A DNA stretch of 64,000 bases from an uncultured delta proteobacterium (GTDB lineage Bacteria > Desulfobacterota > Desulfomonilia > Desulfomonilales > Desulfomonilaceae), in assembly GCA_963789265.1 (NCBI GenBank), contig CAWBKB010000003.1:32001-96000 (forward strand), written 5' to 3'. The translations under genes and the position numbers were made by a program. This document shows positions 42,782 through 52,897 of the stretch, in pieces (positions within the stretch are counted from its first letter, which is position 1; each line of letters starts with the position of its first letter). A model generated the notes under the pieces. That model had not been told where the DNA came from and searched no databases. It saw only the letters and a list, made by a program, of their open reading frames with translations.

Positions 42782-43588
42782 ATGGAACTGGTGAGCTTTC
42801 TTGCTTTACTTGGATCACCGCTGGTCGGTTTATGGGAGGCGGCTCGTCTCTTTCTGGATGAAGCCGGCCGAATCCTGATCCTCTTGGGCAGGACCCTTGT
42901 CTGGTCGGTGAAACCCCCTTTTCGTTTCCAGGAATTTGTTAGGCAGCTTGATTTCGTGGGGACTCAGTCGGTTTTTCTGATCGTCCTGACGGGACTGTTC
43001 ACCGGCATGGTGAGCGCTTTGCAAGGTTACAATGGGATGCACCGCTACGGAGCTGAAGGGTTGGTCGGAGCTACCGTAGCCTTGGCCCTTGCCAGAGAAC
43101 TCGGACCTGTTATCAGCGCTCTTATGCTGGTTAGCCGTGTCGGTTCCGCCATGACCGCGGAACTCGGGAGCATGAGGAATACCCAGCAGATAGACGCTCT
43201 GAGTAGCATGGCGGTCGATCCTGTGCAGTACCTGGTGGTGCCACGCGTTTTTGCTTCAACGGTATCATCACCGCTTCTGGCACTTGTTTTCAGCTTCTCC
43301 GGTATGGTGGGTGCTTATTTCCTGGCCACACGGTATCTGGGCGTCGACGGTGGCTCGTTCATATCCGAGGTTCAGTACTACCTCGTATCGAACGACATCG
43401 TTCAAGGCTTGATTAAGTCTGTGGTCTTCGGGCTCATTACGGCCCTGGTGTGCTGCTACAAAGGCTTTTATGCCACCGGAGGGGCCCGGGGTATCGGTGT
43501 TGCCACGACCACTGCGGTTGTGGCCTCTTCTGTTCTGGTTCTGATTTCGGATTACGTCATGACGACGCTAATGTTTAAGACTATGTGA
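42782..43588 (+). CDS. mlaE: MlaE ABC permease
   Basis: RELGPV, GSAMTAELGSM, QIDAL, GGARGIG.ATT. Confidence 0.92.
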   Translation: MELVSFLALLGSPLVGLWEAARLFLDEAGRILILLGRTLVWSVKPPFRFQEFVRQLDFVGTQSVFLIVLTGLFTGMVSALQGYNGMHRYGAEGLVGATVALALARELGPVISALMLVSRVGSAMTAELGSMRNTQQIDALSSMAVDPVQYLVVPRVFASTVSSPLLALVFSFSGMVGAYFLATRYLGVDGGSFISEVQYYLVSNDIVQGLIKSVVFGLITALVCCYKGFYATGGARGIGVATTTAVVASSVLVLISDYVMTTLMFKTM

Positions 43589-43610
43589 GAGCTTTGGTTC
43601 GGGAATTTCA

Positions 43611-44357
43611 ATGATCCGGGTGGAGAAGGTCCACAAGTCATACGGCGGTCAGAGGGTCCTGGACGGAACAAGCTTCCACATAACATCAGGATCCGTGACG
43701 ACTATAATAGGCGGGTCCGGTGCCGGAAAATCGGTTCTGATAAGGCTCCTGATCGGGCTTGAAGAGCCTGACAGTGGGGAGATTTTGATCGATGGAAAGA
43801 ACATCGTGGGAATGAAAGCGGCGAAGCTCAATGAGATCCGCAGGCGCTTCGGAGTGCTGTTTCAGGACGCGGCTCTCTTTGACTCACTTTCGGTGAGGGA
43901 AAACGTGGCGTTTCCTATCAGGGAACATCTCCGGCTCGGCGAAAAGGAAATCGACAAAATTGTCCGCGAGAAACTGGCCGAAGTCGGGATGAGCGGCCAA
44001 GAAGACAAGTATCCAGCGGAACTTTCGGGAGGCATGCGCAAGCGGGTAGGTTTAGCACGGGCACTAGCTTTGGAACCGGACATCGTCTTCTTCGACGAAC
44101 CCACCACCGGACTTGACCCGATCATGCAGGCGGTGATCTTCAGGCTAATAATCTCAACACACATCGATCATCCGTCCACCTATGTGCTTGTGAGCCATGA
44201 CATCCAAGGCGTCTTGAAAATCTCCGATGAGATCATGCTTCTCTACAAGGGTAAGATAGCGGCACAAGGAACACCGCAAGAGATATCGAGCAGCTCTGAT
44301 CCACTGATTTATCAGTTCATTACGGGTTCGCCGACCGGGCCCATAGTGGTCGAGTGA
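43611..44357 (+). CDS. mlaF: MlaF ABC ATPase
   Basis: GGSGAGKS, ELSGGMRKRVGLARAL, DEPTTGLDP. Confidence 0.92.
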   Translation: MIRVEKVHKSYGGQRVLDGTSFHITSGSVTTIIGGSGAGKSVLIRLLIGLEEPDSGEILIDGKNIVGMKAAKLNEIRRRFGVLFQDAALFDSLSVRENVAFPIREHLRLGEKEIDKIVREKLAEVGMSGQEDKYPAELSGGMRKRVGLARALALEPDIVFFDEPTTGLDPIMQAVIFRLIISTHIDHPSTYVLVSHDIQGVLKISDEIMLLYKGKIAAQGTPQEISSSSDPLIYQFITGSPTGPIVVE

Positions 44358-44377
44358 TAGAAAAAGGCAGCGGCTGA

Positions 44378-45418
44378 ATGAACAAGTTCTCACTGGAAGC
44401 GAAGGTAGGGATATTCTTTTTGGCGTGTCTTGCCATCGCTGCCTACGTCTGGTTTGGGGTATTAGGGGTCAGCTTTCAGAAAGGTTTCATCCTCAAGGCA
44501 TACTTCCGTACGGTGGAAGGCCTGGTTCCGGGGTCACAAGTGCAGATCGCAGGTATCAGAGTGGGGAGCGTGAAGGACATCGCCTTCGAACCCGAGAAGA
44601 GCGAAGCACTTGTCGAAATGGAAATAAACGACGCCTACCGCAATGCAATCCCGGAAGACTCCCGTGTTTATATCCGGACAAAGGGCCTTATGGGCGACAA
44701 ATATATCGAAATTAGACCCGGAAGACCCAATGCACGCAAACTGAAGCCCGGCCAAACACTCAGAGTGGTCGAAGAACCCGTAAACAATGAAAAGGTCTTC
44801 GAGACAATAGGGGCTGTGGCGCAGGACCTGCAGGTCCTCACAAAGGAGGCACGAAAGCAGCTCATAGAGAAAAAAGGCTCGCACAAGATCGCGAGAACCA
44901 TCACCAATGCGGATGTGTCATTCAAGGATATCAGGGAAATCCTGGCCAGGAACAAGGAAAAAGTAGGCAAAATAGTGGACAGTTCGGACAGCGCCACGAA
45001 GAACCTGAACGAGATCCTTACCCGAAACAGGTGTAAAATTAACCGCACTGTAGATAACGCCAATAGCGCTGCAAAAAATCTGAACAAGATCGTTACTCGA
45101 AACAGGGGCAAAATCAACAGAACTGTGGATGACGTGCAAAGCGTTACAAGAGATATCCGAGGGGGCAGAGGAACGCTTGGCAAGCTTGTCAACGACGAAT
45201 CCCTCTACCGCGATACCCACCGCCTCGTGCGAGACGTGCGCGGCATTTCCAGCAGCATTCGATCCGGTCGTGGAACAATGGGGCTCTTGGTCAACGATCC
45301 GGAGCTTTACTTTGAAGCTCGTCGGGCGATTCGAAACATGAATAAAACAGCCGAGGACGTTTCTGAAGCTACCCCGATCAGCACGTTGGCCATTATTCTC
45401 GGATCGGTGTTCAAGTAG
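44378..45418 (+). CDS. mlaD: MlaD/MCE protein with long helical repeats
   Basis: MCE motif GL..GS.V.IAGIRVG.V, GLMGDKYIEI; two G.GT.G.LVND..LY repeats. Confidence 0.9.
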   Translation: MNKFSLEAKVGIFFLACLAIAAYVWFGVLGVSFQKGFILKAYFRTVEGLVPGSQVQIAGIRVGSVKDIAFEPEKSEALVEMEINDAYRNAIPEDSRVYIRTKGLMGDKYIEIRPGRPNARKLKPGQTLRVVEEPVNNEKVFETIGAVAQDLQVLTKEARKQLIEKKGSHKIARTITNADVSFKDIREILARNKEKVGKIVDSSDSATKNLNEILTRNRCKINRTVDNANSAAKNLNKIVTRNRGKINRTVDDVQSVTRDIRGGRGTLGKLVNDESLYRDTHRLVRDVRGISSSIRSGRGTMGLLVNDPELYFEARRAIRNMNKTAEDVSEATPISTLAIILGSVFK

Positions 45419-45420
45419 GA

Positions 45421-46869
45421 GTGGCCGGAATGACACCGGCAACAGGGCACAATAGCAGCGTCGATCACGATCCTTGTGAGTCAGAGTTCGCAAAGGCGGC
45501 CCTGGAAGATTGGAATCGCCCTTGCTCCTTCGCCCGGGCCAAAGCCACGGCAGGAACTTGCTCGGCCCTTGCGTTAGTCCTGGCTTTCACTCTGTTTCAG
45601 CCCGACCTTCTATTCGGTTCAGCCTATGACTTTCTCCGTCTGATGGCCCCCAAAACTCTATTTGCAGTCGATCCCGACCTGACGATCAGAAGGATGGATC
45701 CCACAGCACCCTCCAAAGCGTGGACTTTGGGCGAAGGCTGGGGATTTCCGCCGTTGCTGTATCATACGAAGGTAGGGGGAATCTACGACAGAGTAGATTT
45801 CCTTTTCCCTTTCGGTTGCCGGGAAGAATCCACTTTTGAGAGCAAGCTCAGGTTCACTCCTTTTTTCGAGAGTCGTTGGTCGAAGATCCCCCCTTTTGAT
45901 GGCTGGTCCCGCTGCCTGACACTGTATCAGGGGCGCTCGGATCTGGGGCAAAAATATTGGGGCTTCTTCCCGTTTTACGGATTTACCTACCGCCGTTACG
46001 GCATGGACAAGAACTTCTTTTTGCTTTTCCCCCTTTATTACGAAAGCACCGACGACGATGTTCGTACTATCCGGCTGCTCTGGCCCTTGATTACTTATGC
46101 CCGGAGTCCCGGCCGTACGGCTTTCAAGGTCTGGCCTCTTTTCGGAAAAGACCGAATCCGAAACGATTACTACAACTGTTTTTTCTTATGGCCCTTCTTC
46201 CAAAAAGTGGACAAGTACCCGGGCACTGCGCAGGCTTCCAGCTACAGGGCCCTCCCTTTTCCTTTGTACATGCGGCAGGACACACGAGTTGACACAACGA
46301 TAGACCTGTTGTGGCCTATATTCACTTATTATCATCACTACCCGTCAGGTCACATTAGGTACAGCTTAAGACCCCTCTTCACTTACGGGACCGGAGGCGG
46401 GATAGACGAGGTGAGCATTCTATTCTTCTATTCTTACAAGAAGGATCGAAACAAAGGCATCACATCGGGATTCAACGATGGTTTCATATCCGTAGGGGAT
46501 GACGAAGTCTTCACAGAGCGTAAGTTTTTCATGATCAGCACCATACAAAAACGGTACCGGAAAGGCTGCCTTGTGTTCTCACGATACAGGTTCTGGCCGT
46601 TCGCGGAATATACATGGGATTTGGCCAAGGGATCTCATTTGAAGATTCCCGAGATCATCTCGCTCAAGAGCGACTGGTGGGATCAAAACCTGGGGCACCT
46701 GCTTCGATTCGTGGACCTGCGTGACACTCCAATTACGCGGGAACTCAGCATCCTCTTCGGACTCAGCCATTGGACGGAACTCAAGCCCAGCCCGCAGATC
46801 CCCTTCCCTCCCAAACCCGGGGACGACTCCTGGACCGAACTCATTGCGGGATCATTCGCCAAACGATAA
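45421..46869 (+). CDS. Aromatic-rich repeat protein (LWP/FFP repeats), mla-linked
   Basis: Repeated FFPFY, LFPLY, LLWPLI, KVWPLF, FLWPFF motifs; start uncertain. Confidence 0.7.
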   Translation: MAGMTPATGHNSSVDHDPCESEFAKAALEDWNRPCSFARAKATAGTCSALALVLAFTLFQPDLLFGSAYDFLRLMAPKTLFAVDPDLTIRRMDPTAPSKAWTLGEGWGFPPLLYHTKVGGIYDRVDFLFPFGCREESTFESKLRFTPFFESRWSKIPPFDGWSRCLTLYQGRSDLGQKYWGFFPFYGFTYRRYGMDKNFFLLFPLYYESTDDDVRTIRLLWPLITYARSPGRTAFKVWPLFGKDRIRNDYYNCFFLWPFFQKVDKYPGTAQASSYRALPFPLYMRQDTRVDTTIDLLWPIFTYYHHYPSGHIRYSLRPLFTYGTGGGIDEVSILFFYSYKKDRNKGITSGFNDGFISVGDDEVFTERKFFMISTIQKRYRKGCLVFSRYRFWPFAEYTWDLAKGSHLKIPEIISLKSDWWDQNLGHLLRFVDLRDTPITRELSILFGLSHWTELKPSPQIPFPPKPGDDSWTELIAGSFAKR

Positions 46870-47059
46870 CAGAATCAAGGGCAAGATGACGGCTGGACAC
46901 GAAGCCCCCCCGGTGGGCTTATCCAGCAGAAAGCTGTAAAGGCCCAACCATTGATGTGGTTCATCCCGCAAGACGCGGGATAGGCGTTAAGATACCGTTA
47001 ATCAGTTGGTTATGGGCGGTTGCCCAGTAAGGACGTTTTGATAGTAGCCCGGCGCTTGA

Positions 47060-48736
47060 GAAACTGTCTCAAAAGTCGATTTTGGGCTCGCGATTCTCAA
47101 CCGATTCTACTAATGAGATGTGAAAAGAGAATCGGAGAGGGAAAGGATTATGCCGCAAATCAGAGCCGACTACAAGCAGGTGTTTCTGCTTCCGCCCGCT
47201 ATAGATGACTGGATAGGGCCTGATCATCCAGCGCGCTTCATAGGAGACTTTGTGGATTCCTTGGATTTGGAGGTGCTGGGTTTTCGAGTTCCGAATGGCG
47301 AAACGGGCCGTCCTCCCTATAGTACCCGATCTTTTGTTGAAGGCATGGCTCTACGGCTATTTCAGCAGAATCAGGTCATCGCGCAAGCTTGAGAAGGCAT
47401 GCATGGAGAACATGGGATTGATTTGGCTGACGGGTATGAATGCAGCGGATCATAATACCCTGTGGCGATTCTGGAGGGACAACAAGAAGGTTTTCAAGGG
47501 AATATTCAAACAATCGGTTCAAGTGGCAGTCAAAGCCGAGTTGATAGGTATGGCGGTTCATGCATTGGATGGAACCAAGATCCCTGTCGGATCATCTCGG
47601 GAGAAGTTCAAGAACCAAGATCAGTTGGAGCGGATGCTTGAGAATTTGGACAAGTGCGTTGCCGACGTCATGACGGAGACAGAGAGGTGCGAGCAAGAGG
47701 AGGGTGGCGAATGGCGTCTTCCCGAAGCCCTGCAGGACGAGTTGAAACGCAAGGAGCGGATACAGAAGGCCTTGCAGGAATTGGATAAGACTGACAAGAA
47801 GGTCGTCCATCCCTGCGAGCCGGATGCCCGGTACATGAAGAACCGGCGGTCTACTGAGCCCTCTTACAATGCTCAAGCGGTGGCAGACCAACAAAGCGGC
47901 ATGATTGTGGCTGAGGAAGTGGTCGACGAAGGCAATGACAATGGGCAGCTTGTTCCCATGCTGGATCGAGTTCAGGAAAATTTGGGCGCAACCGCAGAGG
48001 AAACCGTGGCGGACGCAGGATACTTCGCATCGGCTCAAATCGCGTTGGCCGAAGAGAAGGAGTACGAGGTCTTGGTCGCCAAGTCGTCGGGAGAGTCCGC
48101 TGCGGAAAAAGGCGCTCAATGGGACCCTTATCACGCTTCCCAGTTCGTCTACGACCAAGAGCGAGACGTCTGTATTTGTCCGCAAGGCGCATCGCTGAAC
48201 TTTCTTCAGAAGAAAGTCACAGGAAAAAACGGAAACGAGATCCGGCGGTATCGATGCCGGGACTACTTGACGTGTCCTGAACGGTGGAAGTGCAGCAAGA
48301 GCAAGAATGGCCGTCTCATAGACATTAACATCTATCGTGACGCAGTTGAGCGTCACCGCAAGAAACGGGAGGTCCCGGAAAGCAAGACGCTACTCCGAGC
48401 CCGCAAGGTGATCATTGAGCCGGTCTTTGCATGGATAAAGAGCCACTTGGACTTTAGACGGTGGACCGTGTCCGGATTATCCAATGCGAAGGCTCAATGG
48501 TCTTTGATGTGCGCCACCTTGAATCTCAAGAAGCTCTACAGCCATTGGCTGACGGGGCGTCTGGTGCTAACCGCGGCCTAAGACATCAGGACGGAGAGTG
48601 ACTCATGGCTGCCTGAGGCATACTCATAGCCGGCCCCGGCTCGTCGGAGACAAGGGAGGCCAAGGTGCGAGATTAACCGCACCCTACCACCCCGAGAGTC
48701 GTCATCGTGCCACTACAACCGTTTTGAGACACTCTC
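47060..48736 (+). mobile_element. IS1182-family insertion sequence
   Basis: IRs GAAACTGTCTCAAAA / TTTTGAGACACTCTC; flanks TTGA/TTTA in the loop of CCCGGCGC-TTTA-GCGCCGGG. Confidence 0.92.
47150..48581 (+). CDS. IS1182-family transposase, frameshifted near 47325
   Basis: QVFLLPP..DDW...HPARF, GRPPY, SSRKLE, DGTKI, YNAQ, ADAGY, IEPVF. Confidence 0.92.
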
Positions 48737-49047
48737 TTTAGCGCCGGGGAAACAGTCAAAAGAGAACCTCTGCGTCCCATAGGGACGTCCGAATGTGATC
48801 CTAGAAATCAATCTTTCGAGCGTCCCTACAGGACACAACCGGTACATGATTGGTCGCTTACCCGGCAATGAATTGCCGGGCTATTATCTCGGCGCCCCGC
48901 TGGGGCTCATAAGGTTGCAAGGGATATCCCTTATCTTAACGCCTATGCTCAAGACGCGGGATGACACCCAGAACCCGATCTTGACCGGATGTTGAGTGCC
49001 ACCTTCGACACCCGGGTCAGTGCAGTTTTGGCGCCTACGGCCCCGCA

Positions 49048-50950
49048 TCACTTGTGTTCATCATGATCCGATTTGATGCCGTAGCCGAAAATTATCGCCT
49101 TGAAGTTCTCACCGATCGTCTCTCCAGTGGTTGCCAGATAGAGGTGAGCCACTAAGAAGGCGGCGAAGAGAGCTCCCAGAATGAAATGTGCAATTCCAAG
49201 CACTGTCATGCCCCCGATAGCATTGATGACACCCATGAAGGTGCTCGGATACATGTAAAGGATTCCGCTGATCAATAAGATAGGCAGCAAAATTACTTGG
49301 AACTGCAAGTAAGCTATCTTCTGTAGCGGGTTGAATTTGTTGTCCTCTGTAGGAGCGTACGGATGCGGTTCATGTTTGAAAACCCCGTACCCGTAGAATT
49401 TCGCCTGCTTTATTATTCCATCGGGAATCTCCCCCTTTTTCGGGAAATATTGTGAAATCCGCCAGGTCACCAGATTGTAAATCAACCAGAAGAGGAAAGC
49501 GATTACCGCCGCGATCCCGAATCTGTTGTGCCATCGGACTGCCCATTGGAACGCATCGCCGAATTTCTCGGGCCAATGAAGCACGACTCCGGTGATAATT
49601 AACAGGACTATGCAAAGAGCCTGGAACCAGTGCCAGATCCGTTCCATCAGCGGATGCAGCAGGATTTTTTCTTCGGGCGAATGCAGCGGCCCTTTGCGTC
49701 TTGTGAGAAATCTCAGCCCACCATGCACGATTGGGAGACCAAGAGGGGCTATGACGGCAAGAATGATTATCACATCTAGAGCGGGAATGCGATTGGCGCC
49801 CACGACATAACCGAACTTCTTGAGGCTTTCGGCATTAATGAACTCTGTTTGAGTTATGTACCGGCCCAGGCTAATGGGCTTCATTTTTTCTTTCGAGAGA
49901 ATTGTGGCTTTGGTGTGGCATGATTGGCAGCGGGCTACTTTTGTCTTTACAGGGAGTATATTGTGAACACCAGGCTGTTTGCCCTGGTGGCAGATCATGC
50001 ACTTCAGGGCGAGGTGCAGACGGCTTTCATAAAGGTTCTGATGCTGCGCGACGACGTTCATGCCGTTTGCTTTATGACATTCCACACAGGTTTCGCGGGC
50101 AAAGTCCTTTGCATAGGCATCCATGCTTTTCCCGTAATGCACGTCGTGACATCCGATGCAACCCGGCGCTTTGGACCCGGCATTATTGCCGTGGACCCCT
50201 ACCGCAAGGCTTTCTACAGCATCTTCATGACACTCTTTGCAGTCCACGCCTTTTAGGCGCTCATTGTGCGGAACTTCTTTCACGTCCGTATGGCAAGCGA
50301 CGCAAGTGTTATCCGCATGGACACCTGCGGCAAATTGCTTCTGGCTTATCGAGAGGCTCCATTTTCCAAAAACAAATGGAGGCTTGGGTTCTGGCTGGGA
50401 GAGGCTTCTTTTCCGCAACCACTTGATCTGCCAAGTCTTCTCTAGACATGGTAAGAATGTCGGGATTATGACAGCCGAAACAGGTTTCATTGGTAACCTC
50501 TTCCGATTTTGCTTCTTCAGCCTGTGCCGGAGCAGCTTCTTTCGCTGCCGGCTGGGGTTTTGCTTCAGGTTTTTCTGCGGGGGCAACCGCGGGTGGCGGG
50601 GTGGTTGAAGGAGATTGCGCCGCGGGGGCGGGAGTTTCCTCGGGCTTGGTGGCGGGCGGCTGCTCGGGTTGCGGCTTTTCAGCAGGTTGCGCCGACGCCG
50701 GCGGCTTCGGTCCGGAAGTTTCGGCGGGTTGCGTCGAAGTAGGCTTTGTGGGCTGAGGAATCGCAGCAGGCTGCTTCGCTGGTTCGGGCGGTTTAGGCCG
50801 TGTTTCGACCGGTTGAGGGGATGAAGTGCTCCGCTCCTGAGCCAACGTGGGAACACAATTGTACTGCAACGCCAAAATGAGGGCCGCCGCCCCAATCACC
50901 AAAAAAATAGCAGACTTCCACAGAGTGGAAACGGAAGCGCTTGTCTTCAT
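49048..50950 (-). CDS. Multiheme cytochrome c fused to cytochrome b (CbcL-like architecture), frameshifted near 50390
   Basis: Signal, Pro/Ala linker and CFGCH in one frame; CVACH, CKECH, CIGCH, CVECH, CMICH, CQSCH and a cyt b domain (ERIWHW, KFNPLQK, AHLY) in the other. Confidence 0.85.
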
Positions 50951-51283
50951 CGGAACCTCCTTGCACTCAAAAAGCACACTGAAACATTAAATATAATAGA
51001 CCTTTACAATTCCAACTTGAGGGGGAGATTGTAGTGATTCCAAAAAACAATCCCGACTGTGAATTCGCATCGTTCCGGCGTGAGCCAAATCCCGGAATCA
51101 GCCGGGCCCCAGCGCCTTGCCCGGACCTGATCCGGAATCAGCCGGTCCAACAGGGACGAGCCGTTCAGCAAGGACTTTTGAAAAATGCTGTAGGAGCATT
51201 TATTACCCTTGGCACGGGTATGAGGTCAAGAAGAATTCTCGGCAACAAGTAAGCATTAAGTTTTCAGGCAACCCGGCGCTGAA

Positions 51284-51492
51284 GAAACTGTCTCAAAAGC
51301 AATGAAGCGGTCGGAATCGTAGCACGTATCCCTCACCCTGTGCCCTTCTCCCAGAGGGCGAGGGAAGTGCAAAACTGTCCTGGATCTGCTCCCTCTCCCT
51401 CTGGGAGAGGGTTGGGGTGAGGGCGACGACTATACGAATGAGCCTGAATCGTGGCACGATTCTGGTCATCAAAATAGTTTTGAGACACTTTC
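51284..51492. mobile_element. 209-bp MITE with IS1182-type ends, TSD TGAA
   Basis: GAAACTGTCTCAAAA...TTTTGAGACACTTTC flanked by TGAA; carries CCCTCACCC/CCCTCTCCC REP hairpins. Confidence 0.9.
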
Positions 51493-51611
51493 TGAAGGAC
51501 CGGTCTACTTTCAATCGCCCCTATTGGGGCTCAAATGCAAACGGCCCGGAGGGACCGATGATGGTAGCCCGGTCCCGCGCGGAACGCAGGATTGCCGAGA
51601 AAGGAGGAATC

Positions 51612-51749
51612 GTGCTACGAATTTCGTTTATGAATCGATTTTTTCTCGTTCCCGGAGTCTGCCTGGATTGCCTGTCAACGAGGATCTGCCTTGACCTTAA
51701 TCGTGAAACGAAGGCGGTTTGCCGGCAGAGTCTCGCGTACCCCAGGTAA
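51612..51749 (+). CDS. Possible 45-aa Cys-containing small protein
   Basis: AAAGGAGG SD before GTG; CLDC...C...C. Confidence 0.3.
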   Translation: MLRISFMNRFFLVPGVCLDCLSTRICLDLNRETKAVCRQSLAYPR

Positions 51750-51767
51750 GTGAATGCTTACTGACAC

Positions 51768-51798
51768 AAAAAAGCCCTCTCCCAATGGGAGAGGGCTC
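51768..51798 (-). terminator. Rho-independent terminator after cytochrome c3
   Basis: Minus strand AGCCCTCTCCC-ATT-GGGAGAGGGCT followed by a T run. Confidence 0.75.
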
Positions 51799-51829
51799 AG
51801 TTGTGCTCTATAGCCGGAGAATCGTATAC

Positions 51830-52261
51830 TTACTTCTTCTCGCCGGCCGCGGCAGCCTTCTTCTGATGGCACTTCTTGCAAACGGTAGGACCGGTCGGTT
51901 TCTTTTCCTTCTTCATTTTCTTGTGACAACCCTGGCACCTGGTGTGAAAGGCTTTCTGCAGGCCTGGCACCTTGTCTTTGGCCTGTAGCTTGTGGCAGAC
52001 GTTACACTTCTTGACTTCCTGACCTTCCTTCCAGACGTTCTTGCCATTCTCATACACGTGATGGCAGGTTGTGCACGGGGCTGCTTTGTGCTTGGCGTGG
52101 GTGAAGATTACAGGTCCCTGCTTGAATGTCTTGAAAACATCTTTGCTCTCGATGCTGATTGGTTTGTCAGGTACTTTTGTGGCCGCATAAGCCAGAGTGA
52201 ACGCGACCAGGACCGCAACACCCAGGATGAGTCCAAGAACAACTCTCCCTTTGTGCTTCAT
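51830..52261 (-). CDS. Tetraheme cytochrome c3 (class III)
   Basis: Signal peptide, FTHAKH, CTTCHH, CNVCH, CQGCH, CKKCH; GAGGAGG RBS. Confidence 0.93.
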   Translation of the reverse strand: MKHKGRVVLGLILGVAVLVAFTLAYAATKVPDKPISIESKDVFKTFKQGPVIFTHAKHKAAPCTTCHHVYENGKNVWKEGQEVKKCNVCHKLQAKDKVPGLQKAFHTRCQGCHKKMKKEKKPTGPTVCKKCHQKKAAAAGEKK

Positions 52262-52363
52262 GTTCAAACCTCCTCACTAAGTAAATACAAGCCGGAAATC
52301 CCGCGAAATTCGGCAAGATGTTCCTTAAAGGGCGGTTTACATTATCACACCCCCCCTGCCCGT

Positions 52364-52855
52364 TCAAACTTTTTTTTGCGGTTCAATTCCCAGCATTTTC
52401 AATTCATCCACCACCCTGAGAACTAATTCATCCACGCGTGCAGCCACCGTTTCCGTCAATTCGAGCCCAAAAGGCTGAATGTTTTCGGGCTCCACGCCGA
52501 CTACCACCACGCTTTTCGGCTCCTCGTCCAAGAGCGAACAGAGGTTGAGCGCCTCAACCAAATCGCTGTCGTGTGCAGACTGTTTCGCTCTTAGGCCTTT
52601 AGGGAGGTCCTTGCCTTCCAGACGGTACAGCGTGCCAGGCTCGCCGCGACCGAGTACTGCGTCTACGACGATAAGTCGATCGGCTTGCTGGATCGTGGAC
52701 ATGAGCCAGAGCCCCTGTGTGCCCCCATCTATGACCTGAACCTGCTCGGGCAATACATAGCGACGCTGCAACTCCTCCACGACCCTTACTCCGACCCCTT
52801 CGTCTCTCAAAAGTATGTTGCCGACCCCAAGGACCACAATTCTTTCCGTATGCAT
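52364..52855 (-). CDS. Hydrogenase maturation protease (HyaD/HybD family)
   Basis: VLGVGNILLRDEGVGV, IDGGT, VDAV, SAH. Confidence 0.93.
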   Translation of the reverse strand: MHTERIVVLGVGNILLRDEGVGVRVVEELQRRYVLPEQVQVIDGGTQGLWLMSTIQQADRLIVVDAVLGRGEPGTLYRLEGKDLPKGLRAKQSAHDSDLVEALNLCSLLDEEPKSVVVVGVEPENIQPFGLELTETVAARVDELVLRVVDELKMLGIEPQKKV

Positions 52856-52897
52856 AAGCTGTATTCCATGAAAATTCAGAAGGAAGTTCGTTGACGA

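Larger units (their letters stand above)
46979..48947. mobile_element. IS4-like MITE (about 290 bp when empty) interrupted by IS1182
   Basis: IRs ATAGGCGTTAAGATA (46980-46994) / TATCTTAACGCCTAT (48932-48946); flanking direct repeat CGCAAGACGCGG / CTCAAGACGCGG. Confidence 0.75.

Noticed and set aside
51530..51600. c-di-GMP-I riboswitch
   Set aside because: Partial resemblance only; lacks the GAAA tetraloop stem and ACGCAAA core
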